Shown here piece after piece: positions 36,181-45,194 of a DNA stretch of 51,440 bases. Source of the DNA: a virus (Duplodnaviria > Caudoviricetes); the IMG/VR virus record IMGVR_UViG_3300033076_000202, positions 1-51,440 of that record. One strand, given 5' to 3'. The notes under the pieces are model-generated. The model was not told where the DNA came from, did no database searches, and worked only from the letters and a program-made list of their open reading frames with translations. Positions within the stretch are counted from its first letter, which is position 1; every line of letters starts with the position of its first letter. The position numbers and the translations under genes were made by a program.

Positions 36181-36650
36181 TTTGTCCTCACAATCGGGGT
36201 CATCTTTCCCATTGCCCACTCTTTCATCATCAACTTCATGGCGTTCTCCATGTCTCGCACCGTGATGATCTCCATCTGTGCATCGTGTAGTTCCATCATG
36301 TTGTTGAGCGCGTTCATCTCTTGGGCGTTCAGGATGAATCGGTTGCCATTGGCAGCACCACGACGAGCGCACTCCAGCAGGGCTTTGATCCCAGCGGCAA
36401 CAACATCGTCGTACTCCTTACCAAATCCCAAGCGATACAAGGCTTCCACTGCGTTGCCCATAGCAATCAGATCGTCCATATCGCTTCGTGTTGCTTGGCC
36501 CTGAGTCAGAGACTTCATGGCCATGTGGTTCCTGATCTTCAGATCGACCAAGAAATTGTTGTGTTTGACCACAGGCGTCATGCCTTCCAGCACGTACGCC
36601 ACGGGGTTCAGGAACACACCCTTCGGGCGGTACTTACTACGCTTTCTCAA
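36177..36650 (-). CDS. Conserved hypothetical phage protein
   Basis: MRKRSKYRPK start...ELHDAQM; coupled within the operon. Confidence 0.65.
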   Translation of the reverse strand: MRKRSKYRPKGVFLNPVAYVLEGMTPVVKHNNFLVDLKIRNHMAMKSLTQGQATRSDMDDLIAMGNAVEALYRLGFGKEYDDVVAAGIKALLECARRGAANGNRFILNAQEMNALNNMMELHDAQMEIITVRDMENAMKLMMKEWAMGKMTPIVRTK

Positions 36651-36915
36651 GGTTCTTCGCCATCAGCACAACAGTTACAGCATCCGACAGGCGTTCGCCT
36701 TCGGCCACAAGGTAGTACTCCGACTTCCAGTCAGGGCCGTGCCGCTGCGGTTGGTATGAGCGAATATGGATCACCTTGCCGTTCATCGCGTTCATGATGT
36801 TCAGGGTGAAGTCGCTGGGGTCCACCGGACCGTTGGATTCGGTGCCAGCCGTGAGCTTACTATCGTTCATTTGCCGATGCGCCCAGTTGATGATGATTCG
36901 TTTAAGCCATTTCAT
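36637..36915 (-). CDS. Hypothetical protein
   Basis: Starts directly after the polymerase stop codon. Confidence 0.6.
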   Translation of the reverse strand: MKWLKRIIINWAHRQMNDSKLTAGTESNGPVDPSDFTLNIMNAMNGKVIHIRSYQPQRHGPDWKSEYYLVAEGERLSDAVTVVLMAKNLEKA

Positions 36916-38799
36916 TTAGCAATCTCCATAAGATTTACCCAGTCCAGATTCGCAGTTCAGGGGCAGCGTCTTGGCCCAGTCTGGCCTCCACCGCATGCAC
37001 TCCTCAACAAACGCTTGTGCCTCTTGTGCCTCTGCCTCGGGGGCGATACACGCCACAGCATCGTGCACAGTGAGCACCACCTTGTAACGCTTGGCGATCT
37101 TGAGCATCTGCTCGGCAATCACACAACGTGCAACAGCTTGGCAAATGTTCTCTGTCAGCTTGCCGCCGTACAGCTTGGTGAACCCCATGCGCGTCTTGTA
37201 CTCATAGTGAACCTTGCCTTCCGGGTCGGTCATCTTGCGCAGCCCTTCGTACCGTTGCCACAACCCGCTTGGCAGCATGAACCCTTGGCGTGTCGGGTCG
37301 AACGTAACTGCGTCCACGACCCCGTAACTTGCCGCATTGCGGGTGATACATGCTTCAATACAAGTCTGACCCTGCCGCCATAGCGCGGGGATTTTGTCGT
37401 ACGTAGAACGGTACACGTTGATGATTCGCTGACATTCGTCAAGACTAATATCGACACCAAACGTCTTGAGTTGCGCTTGGAACTTAGCAGCGCCCATGCC
37501 GTACCCCGCTCCAAGGATCGTGGTCTTTCCGACAAACCGCTCCGCGTCGTTAATTTGGTCAACGTCTTTACCGTATATCTGCGCCGCCATGATCTTGTAT
37601 GGGTCGTACTTCATCTCCTTCTTGGGCACCCCAGCGGCGATTTCCTCATTGTTCTTCTGGAAGAACTCCACGAGGTCTTGTTGTCCTGACATCCACGCCA
37701 CAGTCCGCGCTTCAATCTGGGACGAGTCTGCGTCAATCATCAGGTAGCCTTCCGGTGCTTCGATGGCCTTCTTGAGCTTGCCAGCGTTCTGGCCTCGGCT
37801 CGGCAGGTTCTGGAGGTTGATCTTGTCATCACCGCCCCAGCGCCCGGTATGGGCTGCGTAGTACTTGATTGGCACAGGCAGTGGTCCGCGCTCGGCAATC
37901 GAGATGAACCGCTCTGTACGGCTCTCCTCCAAAGTTGTCTTGGTGCCCAGCCGTGCGCCCACCAGCGCCTGAACCCGTGGATCAGGATGGTCAGCCAGAT
38001 TCTTGAAGTCTTCGTCCGTCTTGGCAAACGCCCACGCTTCCTTACCAGTTCTGGCCGACACCTTACGGGGTGGCTCAACACCGAGGCTCTTGAGCAGTTC
38101 TGCAAACTTGTCGTTGGACATCAGCATGTCCTTGTCGGCCTGCGCCGCTTCGAGCAGGGCTGCCTTCTTGGCCTTAACCCCTTCGAGGTGGGCCACCAGC
38201 ATGCCCTTGTTCAGCACGAGACTTGGCTCAATGAACATCCGCAGGGTGCAGTCGATCACCTTGAGTTCCTTGGCCGGGAACCCTTCACCCATGCCCGGAA
38301 GCATGAAGCGATGGAACAGGGTGCGCGTCAACTCCACGTCGTTGCAGCAGTACTCGCCGTATCTGACAAGCTGTTCTGGTGAGAAGTCTGTGCGGCGCAA
38401 ACCCAGTGCGTTCTCGACCTCTGTACCCTTGACGCCAATGTTGTACCGCTCGGCCAGCTTAGCCAGTGAACCGCCTGCCTCAACACCGTGGATCGCACGT
38501 GCCATGCACAGGGTATCCAGCCAGCCTTTGGGTTTGATGCCGTAACGCCACGACAGGATCGCCCCATCGAACTGTGTGTTGTGCGCAAGCACGAAAGAGT
38601 TGGCCCAATCGAACTGGCGAAAGTGCGCAGCCATCTCCTCTCTGGTCCCGCTGAACCATGTTGCAGGTTCATCGTTCACTGCGATGCCGACACCAATCTC
38701 GTGGAACTCCTCGTGGCGCACGTATTCCTCAGTGGTCAGCTTCTTGAAGCCAACCTCCTGACTGTAGAAAGTTTCAAAGTCTATAACTATTATGTTCAT
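36916..38799 (-). CDS. DNA polymerase, family A, with 3'-5' exonuclease
   Basis: Exo motifs DFET, HNTQFD, YCCND; HTGRWG, NLQNLP; motif A DSSQIEAR; motif B R...KTTILGAGYG; motif C VHD. Confidence 0.92.
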   Translation of the reverse strand: MNIIVIDFETFYSQEVGFKKLTTEEYVRHEEFHEIGVGIAVNDEPATWFSGTREEMAAHFRQFDWANSFVLAHNTQFDGAILSWRYGIKPKGWLDTLCMARAIHGVEAGGSLAKLAERYNIGVKGTEVENALGLRRTDFSPEQLVRYGEYCCNDVELTRTLFHRFMLPGMGEGFPAKELKVIDCTLRMFIEPSLVLNKGMLVAHLEGVKAKKAALLEAAQADKDMLMSNDKFAELLKSLGVEPPRKVSARTGKEAWAFAKTDEDFKNLADHPDPRVQALVGARLGTKTTLEESRTERFISIAERGPLPVPIKYYAAHTGRWGGDDKINLQNLPSRGQNAGKLKKAIEAPEGYLMIDADSSQIEARTVAWMSGQQDLVEFFQKNNEEIAAGVPKKEMKYDPYKIMAAQIYGKDVDQINDAERFVGKTTILGAGYGMGAAKFQAQLKTFGVDISLDECQRIINVYRSTYDKIPALWRQGQTCIEACITRNAASYGVVDAVTFDPTRQGFMLPSGLWQRYEGLRKMTDPEGKVHYEYKTRMGFTKLYGGKLTENICQAVARCVIAEQMLKIAKRYKVVLTVHDAVACIAPEAEAQEAQAFVEECMRWRPDWAKTLPLNCESGLGKSYGDC

Positions 38800-39014
38800 T
38801 CGACACCCCCCACCATGCACCACTGCTCGGCTTTCTTGACCATGAACAAGCCTTCGGCGCGGGTCATCTTGGACGAACGTACAAACAGATCACCATCCTG
38901 GTCGTAGCCAAGCACAATCACGTCTGTCAGGTCAGCCGTGAGGGCTGACGCAAGCGCCTGTTCTGGTGTGTAGTTCACACTTGCAGGCAGCGCGATAACT
39001 TTCTCGTTGTTCAC
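38796..39014 (-). CDS. Hypothetical protein
   Basis: DVIVLGYDQDG.LFVRSS; coupled to its neighbours. Confidence 0.6.
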   Translation of the reverse strand: MNNEKVIALPASVNYTPEQALASALTADLTDVIVLGYDQDGDLFVRSSKMTRAEGLFMVKKAEQWCMVGGVE

Positions 39015-39259
39015 AGATACCCCTTGTCTTGAACTTCTTTCAGTTTCATGCGGTAGTGCTTGGCCTTACCCGCATCGTCGCTGTCCTTCTTGCCTTGGCG
39101 CATCGCGTACTTGATCACGTTGCCCTTGAGAAACCCCACGAATTCCTCGTAGGTCAAGACCGACTCCATCACGTCCCAGGGTTGAACACCCATGTCTTTG
39201 TAGTGCTGCCCACCAATTTGCAGGTCATTGGCGCTGTACTTGTTGTGATCTCCGCTCAT
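39011..39259 (-). CDS. DUF3310 (SaV-like) protein
   Basis: GGQHYK...QPWD...GFLKGNVIKY..R...K...D..KA.HY. Confidence 0.85.
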   Translation of the reverse strand: MSGDHNKYSANDLQIGGQHYKDMGVQPWDVMESVLTYEEFVGFLKGNVIKYAMRQGKKDSDDAGKAKHYRMKLKEVQDKGYL

Positions 39260-39504
39260 TTGTAACTTCCTTGTTGGTAAGAGGTGGGTTGTGACGCTGC
39301 GTTCATCATCTGATTTCGCATTTGCGCATTCATGTATTGCTGTTGCAAGTTCATCTGCGCGGCCTTACTTATTGGTCGCTGATCTTCCATCTCTTCCCGT
39401 GTCATCGGGGCGAGTTGTTGCTTGAGGATCGCAGCCAAATATTGTTGCCGATCATGGTCACTTGCCGCACGGTACTTGGCCTTACGCACGCAGAACTTCT
39501 CCAC
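39256..39504 (-). CDS. Gln/Met-rich ORF (possibly a frameshifted continuation of 39510-39950)
   Basis: Ends with an RBS/overlap into DUF3310; has no clear RBS of its own. Confidence 0.4.
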   Translation of the reverse strand: MEKFCVRKAKYRAASDHDRQQYLAAILKQQLAPMTREEMEDQRPISKAAQMNLQQQYMNAQMRNQMMNAASQPTSYQQGSYK

Positions 39505-39509
39505 TTTGG

Positions 39510-39950
39510 TCAGGTACGTCTGCGCTTCGAGCAGCCGCCCCCACGCGCTATGGTACTTGAGTTCCCCACTGTCACTAAATTGCTTGGTACGGTGCTTCCG
39601 ATACCATTACCCGTGTACAACGACGTGGATATCGCACCGCCTCCACTACCCATCAATTGGTTAATCATCTTTGCCTGTGTGGGGTTGACGAACATCTTCT
39701 TGTTTTCCATCGTGGCCACGTACGGATCTTCTCGGGTCAACGTCTTGAGCACGTCTGCCGTGAACCGGTCACGTTGGAGTTCATTCGATGCATCGTCCAG
39801 CAGCTTGTGCTCCTCCTCGGTCAGCCAGCCTGCATTTTTGGCCCGGTCGATTATGTACGCCCACTTGGATTCGTACCCTCCGTAAAACTCCTCGGGGTTG
39901 GTCTTCATGCGCTCCACAAGGATTCGCACACCCTCATTAATTTCGCTCAT
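39510..39950 (-). CDS. Hypothetical protein
   Basis: GVRILVERMKTNPEEF N-terminus. Confidence 0.6.
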   Translation of the reverse strand: MSEINEGVRILVERMKTNPEEFYGGYESKWAYIIDRAKNAGWLTEEEHKLLDDASNELQRDRFTADVLKTLTREDPYVATMENKKMFVNPTQAKMINQLMGSGGGAISTSLYTGNGIGSTVPSNLVTVGNSSTIARGGGCSKRRRT

Positions 39951-40249
39951 AGGACCCCCAATCGCTTAACAAGTTTGTCGTAGGTGTCGCTTGTGTTGAG
40001 CACACGCACCCGCAGGTTGCCCTCAAGTGGGTCTTTGCGCAGGTACCCGTCATTGCACAGGCGTTTGATGCGTTCATGCACAGTTGCGCGTGACGCTGCC
40101 GTTGAGGACTCCACGATCTCCATGATAGTTACCTCCCCCATCCGCTTGCGGGTCTGCACAACTTCGTCGAGGATCAGCAGGTCAGTCATATCTAAACCAA
40201 ACGACATCCGAGCTTCCCTCAGTGCCATTGCCATCTTGTCCAGCTTCAT
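39947..40249 (-). CDS. MarR-like winged-helix protein
   Basis: SRATVHERIKRLCNDGYL...D....RVR. Confidence 0.65.
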   Translation of the reverse strand: MKLDKMAMALREARMSFGLDMTDLLILDEVVQTRKRMGEVTIMEIVESSTAASRATVHERIKRLCNDGYLRKDPLEGNLRVRVLNTSDTYDKLVKRLGVL

Positions 40250-40457
40250 CGTTTCTCCTTAAAGAGTAGTAGTTCAATCGTTGACGGTAGCGCAGGTAAA
40301 TCTTCCCCTCCGCTTCCAGTTTGCTCATGTAGCGCCATGCGTTACGTTTGCTCGTCTTCAGGTTCCGTGCCACATCCGCAACAGACATGGCGTACTTCCC
40401 CTGCATGATGCGCAGCAGCTTGCGCGTCTTGCCATCACTTGGTCGGCTTCGTTCCAT
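40182..40457 (-). CDS. Small HTH protein (start uncertain)
   Basis: SVADVARNLKTSKRNAWRYMSKLEAEGKI. Confidence 0.6.
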   Translation of the reverse strand: MERSRPSDGKTRKLLRIMQGKYAMSVADVARNLKTSKRNAWRYMSKLEAEGKIYLRYRQRLNYYSLRRNDEAGQDGNGTEGSSDVVWFRYD

Positions 40458-40797
40458 CTTGGTTAATAAGATCAGCGATGTACCCGTGCGGGGGCAGGCC
40501 ATTGTTGTCCCACTCGTTCATAAGTATGACAAAGACACCAACGCCTGTGTCGTCGATGACCAGGGATATGCCTTTTTGCGTCACGATATCGTTGAGGTTC
40601 TTCATCTGCAACGCAGTGATGACCCCACCATTGGCCTTGCACTCGATACCCATGAACCGCCCTTTCCAGCAGCACACGATATCGGGCACACCCGAGCGGC
40701 CATAGCCGCCCGTCACGGGGTAGAAGAAGTAGGCGCCGTAGCTTTTCAGCACGTCTACCACCTTGGCTTTGACCTTCGCCTCTGGCGTTTTAGCCAT
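40435..40797 (-). CDS. VRR-NUC domain nuclease / Holliday junction resolvase
   Basis: TPEAKVK, GVPDIV, GIECKA and TALQ motifs. Confidence 0.85.
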   Translation of the reverse strand: MAKTPEAKVKAKVVDVLKSYGAYFFYPVTGGYGRSGVPDIVCCWKGRFMGIECKANGGVITALQMKNLNDIVTQKGISLVIDDTGVGVFVILMNEWDNNGLPPHGYIADLINQDGTKPTK

Positions 40798-41230
40798 TCT
40801 TAACCACCTGTTGCAGTGCCACGTACAGCTTGTTCTCCAGGTACCGGATGATCGCCAATGCGTCCTCGTGCTTCTGGTATAAGTCTTGCCACCGGCCCAC
40901 CAACTCCACGTATTTCGCGTAGCTCACACCATCTTCTTTGGGGGACACGACTTTGGCCTTGGCTTTGGTTTTAGGCTTAGCCTTGGGTTTAGGCGCAGGG
41001 GCATTAACACCTGTTAATACGGTGAACACGCCCGTTCGGTCGTCTTTGTGCACCACGCCAGCCTTATGCAGCTTCCACAGCGCGGTTGCCAGTTGGGGCT
41101 TGGGCACGTCAGTGTATGCGTTGCACACCTCACTCAAAGTGAACGGGGTGTTGGTACCGGCGATGAATTCTTTCACGCAGTCCATGACGGACTTGCCGGG
41201 GCGGGTGCTTTTACGGGTTGCTTGTGTCAT
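40790..41230 (-). CDS. wHTH-like protein with Lys/Pro linker and coiled coil
   Basis: FTLSEV...LATALWKLHKAGVV; preceded by a repeat-type RBS. Confidence 0.55.
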   Translation of the reverse strand: MTQATRKSTRPGKSVMDCVKEFIAGTNTPFTLSEVCNAYTDVPKPQLATALWKLHKAGVVHKDDRTGVFTVLTGVNAPAPKPKAKPKTKAKAKVVSPKEDGVSYAKYVELVGRWQDLYQKHEDALAIIRYLENKLYVALQQVVKNG

Positions 41231-41522
41231 TTTTTAACTCCTGTTGTTTGCTTGCTTTTGCTAATTCGTTAAGTTCTTTGTGCTCGTCGTACGTCAGGTA
41301 GACGTAGATCATGTGGTCTGTGAATTTTCTGCCAATGCTTTCTCCTTTGTCGTTGCGGTTGATTTCACACATGCGCAGCATGGCCACGCGCTCTCGTAAC
41401 CATGTAGGGACGTGCTCACCCTCCATGTCAACTGCTTGCAGCGATGCGTTATCGAGCAGGTTGATATATTCAATATCCCCGTTGCTCCACACGTGCGCAA
41501 TCGCCATATGTCTGATACCCAT
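41211..41522 (-). CDS. Hypothetical protein (possibly leaderless; start uncertain)
   Basis: Shares VAMLRMCE with the upstream protein; promoter immediately upstream. Confidence 0.55.
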   Translation of the reverse strand: MGIRHMAIAHVWSNGDIEYINLLDNASLQAVDMEGEHVPTWLRERVAMLRMCEINRNDKGESIGRKFTDHMIYVYLTYDEHKELNELAKASKQQELKNDTSNP

Positions 41523-41528
41523 GTCCAT

Positions 41529-41557
41529 AATATATGGAACCTTTACAACAATGTCAA
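41529..41557 (-). promoter_or_regulatory. sigma70 promoter
   Basis: TTGACA, 17-nt spacer, TATATT. Confidence 0.7.
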
Positions 41558-42402
41558 GTGTTCTGGATATTCAAAACACCAGGGTTTACGTGAACCCAAA
41601 AATCTTTGCCAGAGTTCATACGCCCCACTTCCGGGATGTACTGCCCGCGTTCACACATGCGTAACATGGCAACTTGTTGTTGGATCTCTTCGGGCGCTTG
41701 CTCGATGCTGTCGAATTGCAACTCATTGTTCGGATACATAACCCCTTTAGGCGTGCTCACCAGTACTGCACCATCCGGTTGGAAGAACACGTGGACGTTA
41801 CATGCCGGTACGGCACTCCTGCGCTGTGCTTCAGCGTAAAGCTCAAGACCCTGTGTAGCCACATCCTGAAACTTCTGTGAACGAAACTGGACACCAACAG
41901 ATTGCAGGTACATGACCTCCTCGGCAACGTCCTCGGGCATGAGCCGCCCGACAATACCCCGGAAGTCAGCACGTGGCTTGTCCTTCCACTGGTCGTAATC
42001 AAACGCCACACCCATCGGGCTGCGCTCCATAATTTCTTGTGGTGCATACGGCTTGACGTACTCACGCAACCATGAGGCCATCTTCTTGGGGTCCGCCGTG
42101 ACCTTCTGGTGGTGCTCGTCGTTTGTGTTGCTGTACTTCTCGTTGTGAATCAACCGGCTATACAGCATCAGTTTCGGGCGCAGCTTCGCGTCATTCCCGG
42201 CGATAGACAAGTACGCAAGGATGCGGGACCTGCTCCATGAGTCAGACGGAAACCGACTGCCCACAAACCTGACTGCATGCACATCGTCGTCGCTGTGTTG
42301 CACCACCTCAATCGGGTACCGGCTCACTTGCACACGGCGAAAGTCCGTCAGTAGCTGCTTGAGCAGCGGGTGCAGGTTATCTCTCACATTCAAATTCAAC
42401 AT
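41554..42402 (-). CDS. Hypothetical protein
   Basis: 282-aa ORF with a GGAG RBS. Confidence 0.65.
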   Translation of the reverse strand: MLNLNVRDNLHPLLKQLLTDFRRVQVSRYPIEVVQHSDDDVHAVRFVGSRFPSDSWSRSRILAYLSIAGNDAKLRPKLMLYSRLIHNEKYSNTNDEHHQKVTADPKKMASWLREYVKPYAPQEIMERSPMGVAFDYDQWKDKPRADFRGIVGRLMPEDVAEEVMYLQSVGVQFRSQKFQDVATQGLELYAEAQRRSAVPACNVHVFFQPDGAVLVSTPKGVMYPNNELQFDSIEQAPEEIQQQVAMLRMCERGQYIPEVGRMNSGKDFWVHVNPGVLNIQNT

Positions 42403-42403
42403 T

Positions 42404-42703
42404 TCAACTCTCCATTAACTTTATCAATGCTTCGGCTTCCTCACGCGTCAGGTTCTGCGCAACGACAGCGTTGGGGTGAAAAAACTGTGGGTTGGCAACA
42501 ACCTCGTGCGTGTCTACCAACATCGGTGACTTCCCTCTCGGGGCGGGGACGTACTTTCGCTTCTTTATGATCCCCCACATCCTTAGTTCTCGCATCTCGG
42601 GCATGTCCTTGCAACGATCAGCAACAACTTGCCACTGGTGGCGGCTTGGTTCCCAGCCCATATCAATGCGGCGGTTCATGGCGCTGACTTCATCATCGTT
42701 CAT
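42404..42703 (-). CDS. Small protein with C-terminal TxEEAxAxxKL motif
   Basis: Ends LTREEAEALIKLMES. Confidence 0.6.
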   Translation of the reverse strand: MNDDEVSAMNRRIDMGWEPSRHQWQVVADRCKDMPEMRELRMWGIIKKRKYVPAPRGKSPMLVDTHEVVANPQFFHPNAVVAQNLTREEAEALIKLMES

Positions 42704-42881
42704 GATCTACTCCCAATACCACCATCTGCATCTTGCCGCACCGATTGCAGGTGTACTGGTGCATACCGGGCTTCCAATACTTCTTGCCGAAATCGCTCTC
42801 CTGCCAGCGGTGATGGCAGTTGGCTTGGCGCAACTCGTTCTCACGCCGCAGCCGCTCAAACTCTTCCTCTTCTTCGGTCAT
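42693..42881 (-). CDS. Small Zn-finger-like protein
   Basis: AAGGAG RBS; CHH.W...CNRCG. Confidence 0.55.
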   Translation of the reverse strand: MTEEEEEFERLRRENELRQANCHHRWQESDFGKKYWKPGMHQYTCNRCGKMQMVVLGVDHER

Positions 42882-42882
42882 G

Positions 42883-43137
42883 TCACTCTCCTTCAAAGTC
42901 CACGTGTTTAATCCCAAACAACTTCATCATTGCCACGGCACCTTCCATCGTCAGGTCGGTGATCGGTTCGCCTTCGTTGGTGTCAGGTAGCTTCCCTCCC
43001 ACCCAAGGTTTTTGTGCCGTCCAATACCACGGGGTTACCTTCCACCTCCACGGCTTCCACCACATCCGCTCTGGAACGCACCCCATGACTGGCCCGTCCA
43101 GCGGGGACATGTAAATCGTCCCTCGTTGCAGCTTCAT
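42883..43137 (-). CDS. Small protein with C-terminal motif variant
   Basis: LTMEGAVAMMKLF; preceded by an exact 14-bp repeat. Confidence 0.6.
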   Translation of the reverse strand: MKLQRGTIYMSPLDGPVMGCVPERMWWKPWRWKVTPWYWTAQKPWVGGKLPDTNEGEPITDLTMEGAVAMMKLFGIKHVDFEGE

Positions 43138-43151
43138 GTTATTAACTCCTG

Positions 43152-44021
43152 TTAATCGAACAGGCTCAGGATCTCGTCAACCTTGGCCTTGGTATCCAAC
43201 CGCACCTGATCGCTCTTGCGCAGGTCTTCTGCACTCTTGCCGTTGACCGCACCTTCTAGGATCTTCCGGGCTTGCTCCAGCTTCGGATCGTTAGTGACGT
43301 TCAGCTTTGTCAGCAGTTCACACAACTCGTTGGCATTTGTGATCAACGAATCACGGAAAATCTGCGTGTAGTTTGGCCCCTCCTTGGTCTCCCTCGGTGT
43401 CGGTGCGTCAGCCAGCTTCTGGCTCATGTGCACCACGCACTCGTGCAGCCTGTCCCACACGTCCTGCATGGCATCGGTCAGCCGGTCGTCGTAGAACTTC
43501 TTGTACTGTTCTTGCAACTCAACCTTCCCCGCTTCGCTCACGTCGATGCGGAAATCGCCCACCTCAGGCACGGGCAAGAACACATACTTGAACTTGAACT
43601 TGCTCTCCAGCTTGTTCACTGCCGGGTACTCGTCGCTGTCAAACAGATCACCCAACTGGAACGCAGCCGCGCTCACCAGCGTGGGGTACTCGTCAAGGAA
43701 CTCATTGACTGCCTCTGCGAACTGGGTCTCGTACGCGGCCAGCGTGGCTTTGTAGTCAAAGAAGTTTTTCATGGGCAGCAAACGCGAACCACCATCGGAC
43801 CACGGCAGCGTCTGCTCGTAGTGCCACGTGCGGATCGTTGACACCAGCTTCTGCAAATCGGCCAGCTTGCCTGTATTGCCGAGAAGGGCTTTGTGATAGT
43901 TCCCTGCCCTCCCCTTGGTGTTCTTCGCCACGTCAATCTCGTCGGACACTTTCTTGTCCATCTTGCGACCTGTCCACACACTGATGTTCAGGTCTACCAA
44001 CATTGCACTGTTCTGAATCAT
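43152..44021 (-). CDS. DUF3150-like protein
   Basis: LVDLNISVWTGRKMD...TLPWSDGGSRLLP...YP...KF.F...PVP..GDFR...IFRDSL...LNVTNDP; typical partner of ATPase-vWA modules. Confidence 0.6.
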   Translation of the reverse strand: MIQNSAMLVDLNISVWTGRKMDKKVSDEIDVAKNTKGRAGNYHKALLGNTGKLADLQKLVSTIRTWHYEQTLPWSDGGSRLLPMKNFFDYKATLAAYETQFAEAVNEFLDEYPTLVSAAAFQLGDLFDSDEYPAVNKLESKFKFKYVFLPVPEVGDFRIDVSEAGKVELQEQYKKFYDDRLTDAMQDVWDRLHECVVHMSQKLADAPTPRETKEGPNYTQIFRDSLITNANELCELLTKLNVTNDPKLEQARKILEGAVNGKSAEDLRKSDQVRLDTKAKVDEILSLFD

Positions 44022-44242
44022 AGTTGCTCTCCTTTTACCTTGATCAAGGCGTTGTACGTTGCACGGGCGTCAGGGTAGTTTGCTTCTACCCATTCGATGA
44101 AATCACGTTCTTCTTTCAATTCTGCTTTCAAGTCTTCCACTTGGTTTTCAAGACCGATGGCTTCTTCCTGCGAGTCGTTTATCCGTTCCCGCAATTCCGC
44201 TACCTCGTCCTCCAACTCTGCTACTTGGTCCGCAATACTCAT
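44018..44242 (-). CDS. Acidic coiled-coil protein
   Basis: Heptad pattern; preceded by a repeat copy. Confidence 0.6.
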   Translation of the reverse strand: MSIADQVAELEDEVAELRERINDSQEEAIGLENQVEDLKAELKEERDFIEWVEANYPDARATYNALIKVKGEQL

Positions 44243-44255
44243 TTATTAACTCCTG

Positions 44256-44495
44256 TTAATCTGTTGTTGATGCGTTGAGCAGCTTGGCCATAGCCACTGC
44301 TTCTTCCTCTGTCATTTGTCCGTATTGCTCTCTTGCCCTTGTTGGGGCGAATGCGTACGGCAAAGAGACAAAGTGCGCCGCATTGATCGGCGCGAAGGTA
44401 TTAGGTCGAGTGACCTTCCCGAATACCAATGCCACCGTCCACGCACGTGCCTTTGGGTCAGTTGTCGAACCAGTAGACAAAGCGATACTCCTCAC
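44256..44495 (-). CDS. Small protein with C-terminal TxEEAxAMxKL motif
   Basis: MTEEEAVAMAKLL; stop codon lies inside a repeat copy. Confidence 0.55.
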   Translation of the reverse strand: MRSIALSTGSTTDPKARAWTVALVFGKVTRPNTFAPINAAHFVSLPYAFAPTRAREQYGQMTEEEAVAMAKLLNASTTD

Positions 44496-44958
44496 CTCGC
44501 TCGGTGTCCAGTGAACACAGGTCCCGCATGAACAGACTCACTGCTTTCTCGGTCCCTTCCGTGAGCCGCGCTTGTACGTACTTGTCCAACTCGCGGCCTT
44601 GCTCGTCGTAGAACTGCATCGCGGTGACGTACGCTTCCATGAACTCCAGCGGCGTACTCCATGAGTGGCTGTGTCCGTCACCGTCCCATCTATCGCTATC
44701 GTCCTGCACGTACGGACTCACGTCACCGGGCAGTCCCTTGGCCTCTGGCCCCATCCCCCGCACACCCGCAAGGTTGGCAAACAGGGTGTAGTTCCTGTCA
44801 GCCAGTCGCCACCACCCACCTACATTAGCCCCTTGGCCTTCCATCTGCCGCCAAGGGCGTAGGCTTTCAGTGTTGATGTCATGGTTCAAGTCGCGGACCA
44901 TCGCCCACTCCTTGTTCTTCAACCGCTTCTCCACGTAAAGATGAATATCTGCACCCAT
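44458..44958 (-). CDS. Conserved hypothetical phage protein
   Basis: MGADIHLYVE...RNYTLFANLAGVR...GLPGD.S...D.HSHSW...RFVYWFDN. Confidence 0.75.
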   Translation of the reverse strand: MGADIHLYVEKRLKNKEWAMVRDLNHDINTESLRPWRQMEGQGANVGGWWRLADRNYTLFANLAGVRGMGPEAKGLPGDVSPYVQDDSDRWDGDGHSHSWSTPLEFMEAYVTAMQFYDEQGRELDKYVQARLTEGTEKAVSLFMRDLCSLDTERGEEYRFVYWFDN

Positions 44959-44972
44959 TTTGTTAACTCCTG

Positions 44973-45191
44973 TTAATTTGTTTCCGTTGCCTCGATCAGT
45001 TTCAGCATCGCCTCTGCTTCTTCTCGGGTCATGTCACTTGCCACAATCTCCGAGCCGTACTGTTGGTGAACGCCCACCCGGACAATTGACCACATGCGCC
45101 CCACCTGTCGCAATCGCAACTCGGGCTTGGTCGCCGCATAGGTAAACATCCCTCGTGGGTCAGTCCACCCCAATTCAAACCGGGTAGTCAT
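44973..45191 (-). CDS. Small protein with C-terminal TxEEAxAMxKL motif
   Basis: MTREEAEAMLKLI; stop codon lies inside a repeat copy. Confidence 0.6.
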   Translation of the reverse strand: MTTRFELGWTDPRGMFTYAATKPELRLRQVGRMWSIVRVGVHQQYGSEIVASDMTREEAEAMLKLIEATETN

Positions 45192-45194
45192 ACC

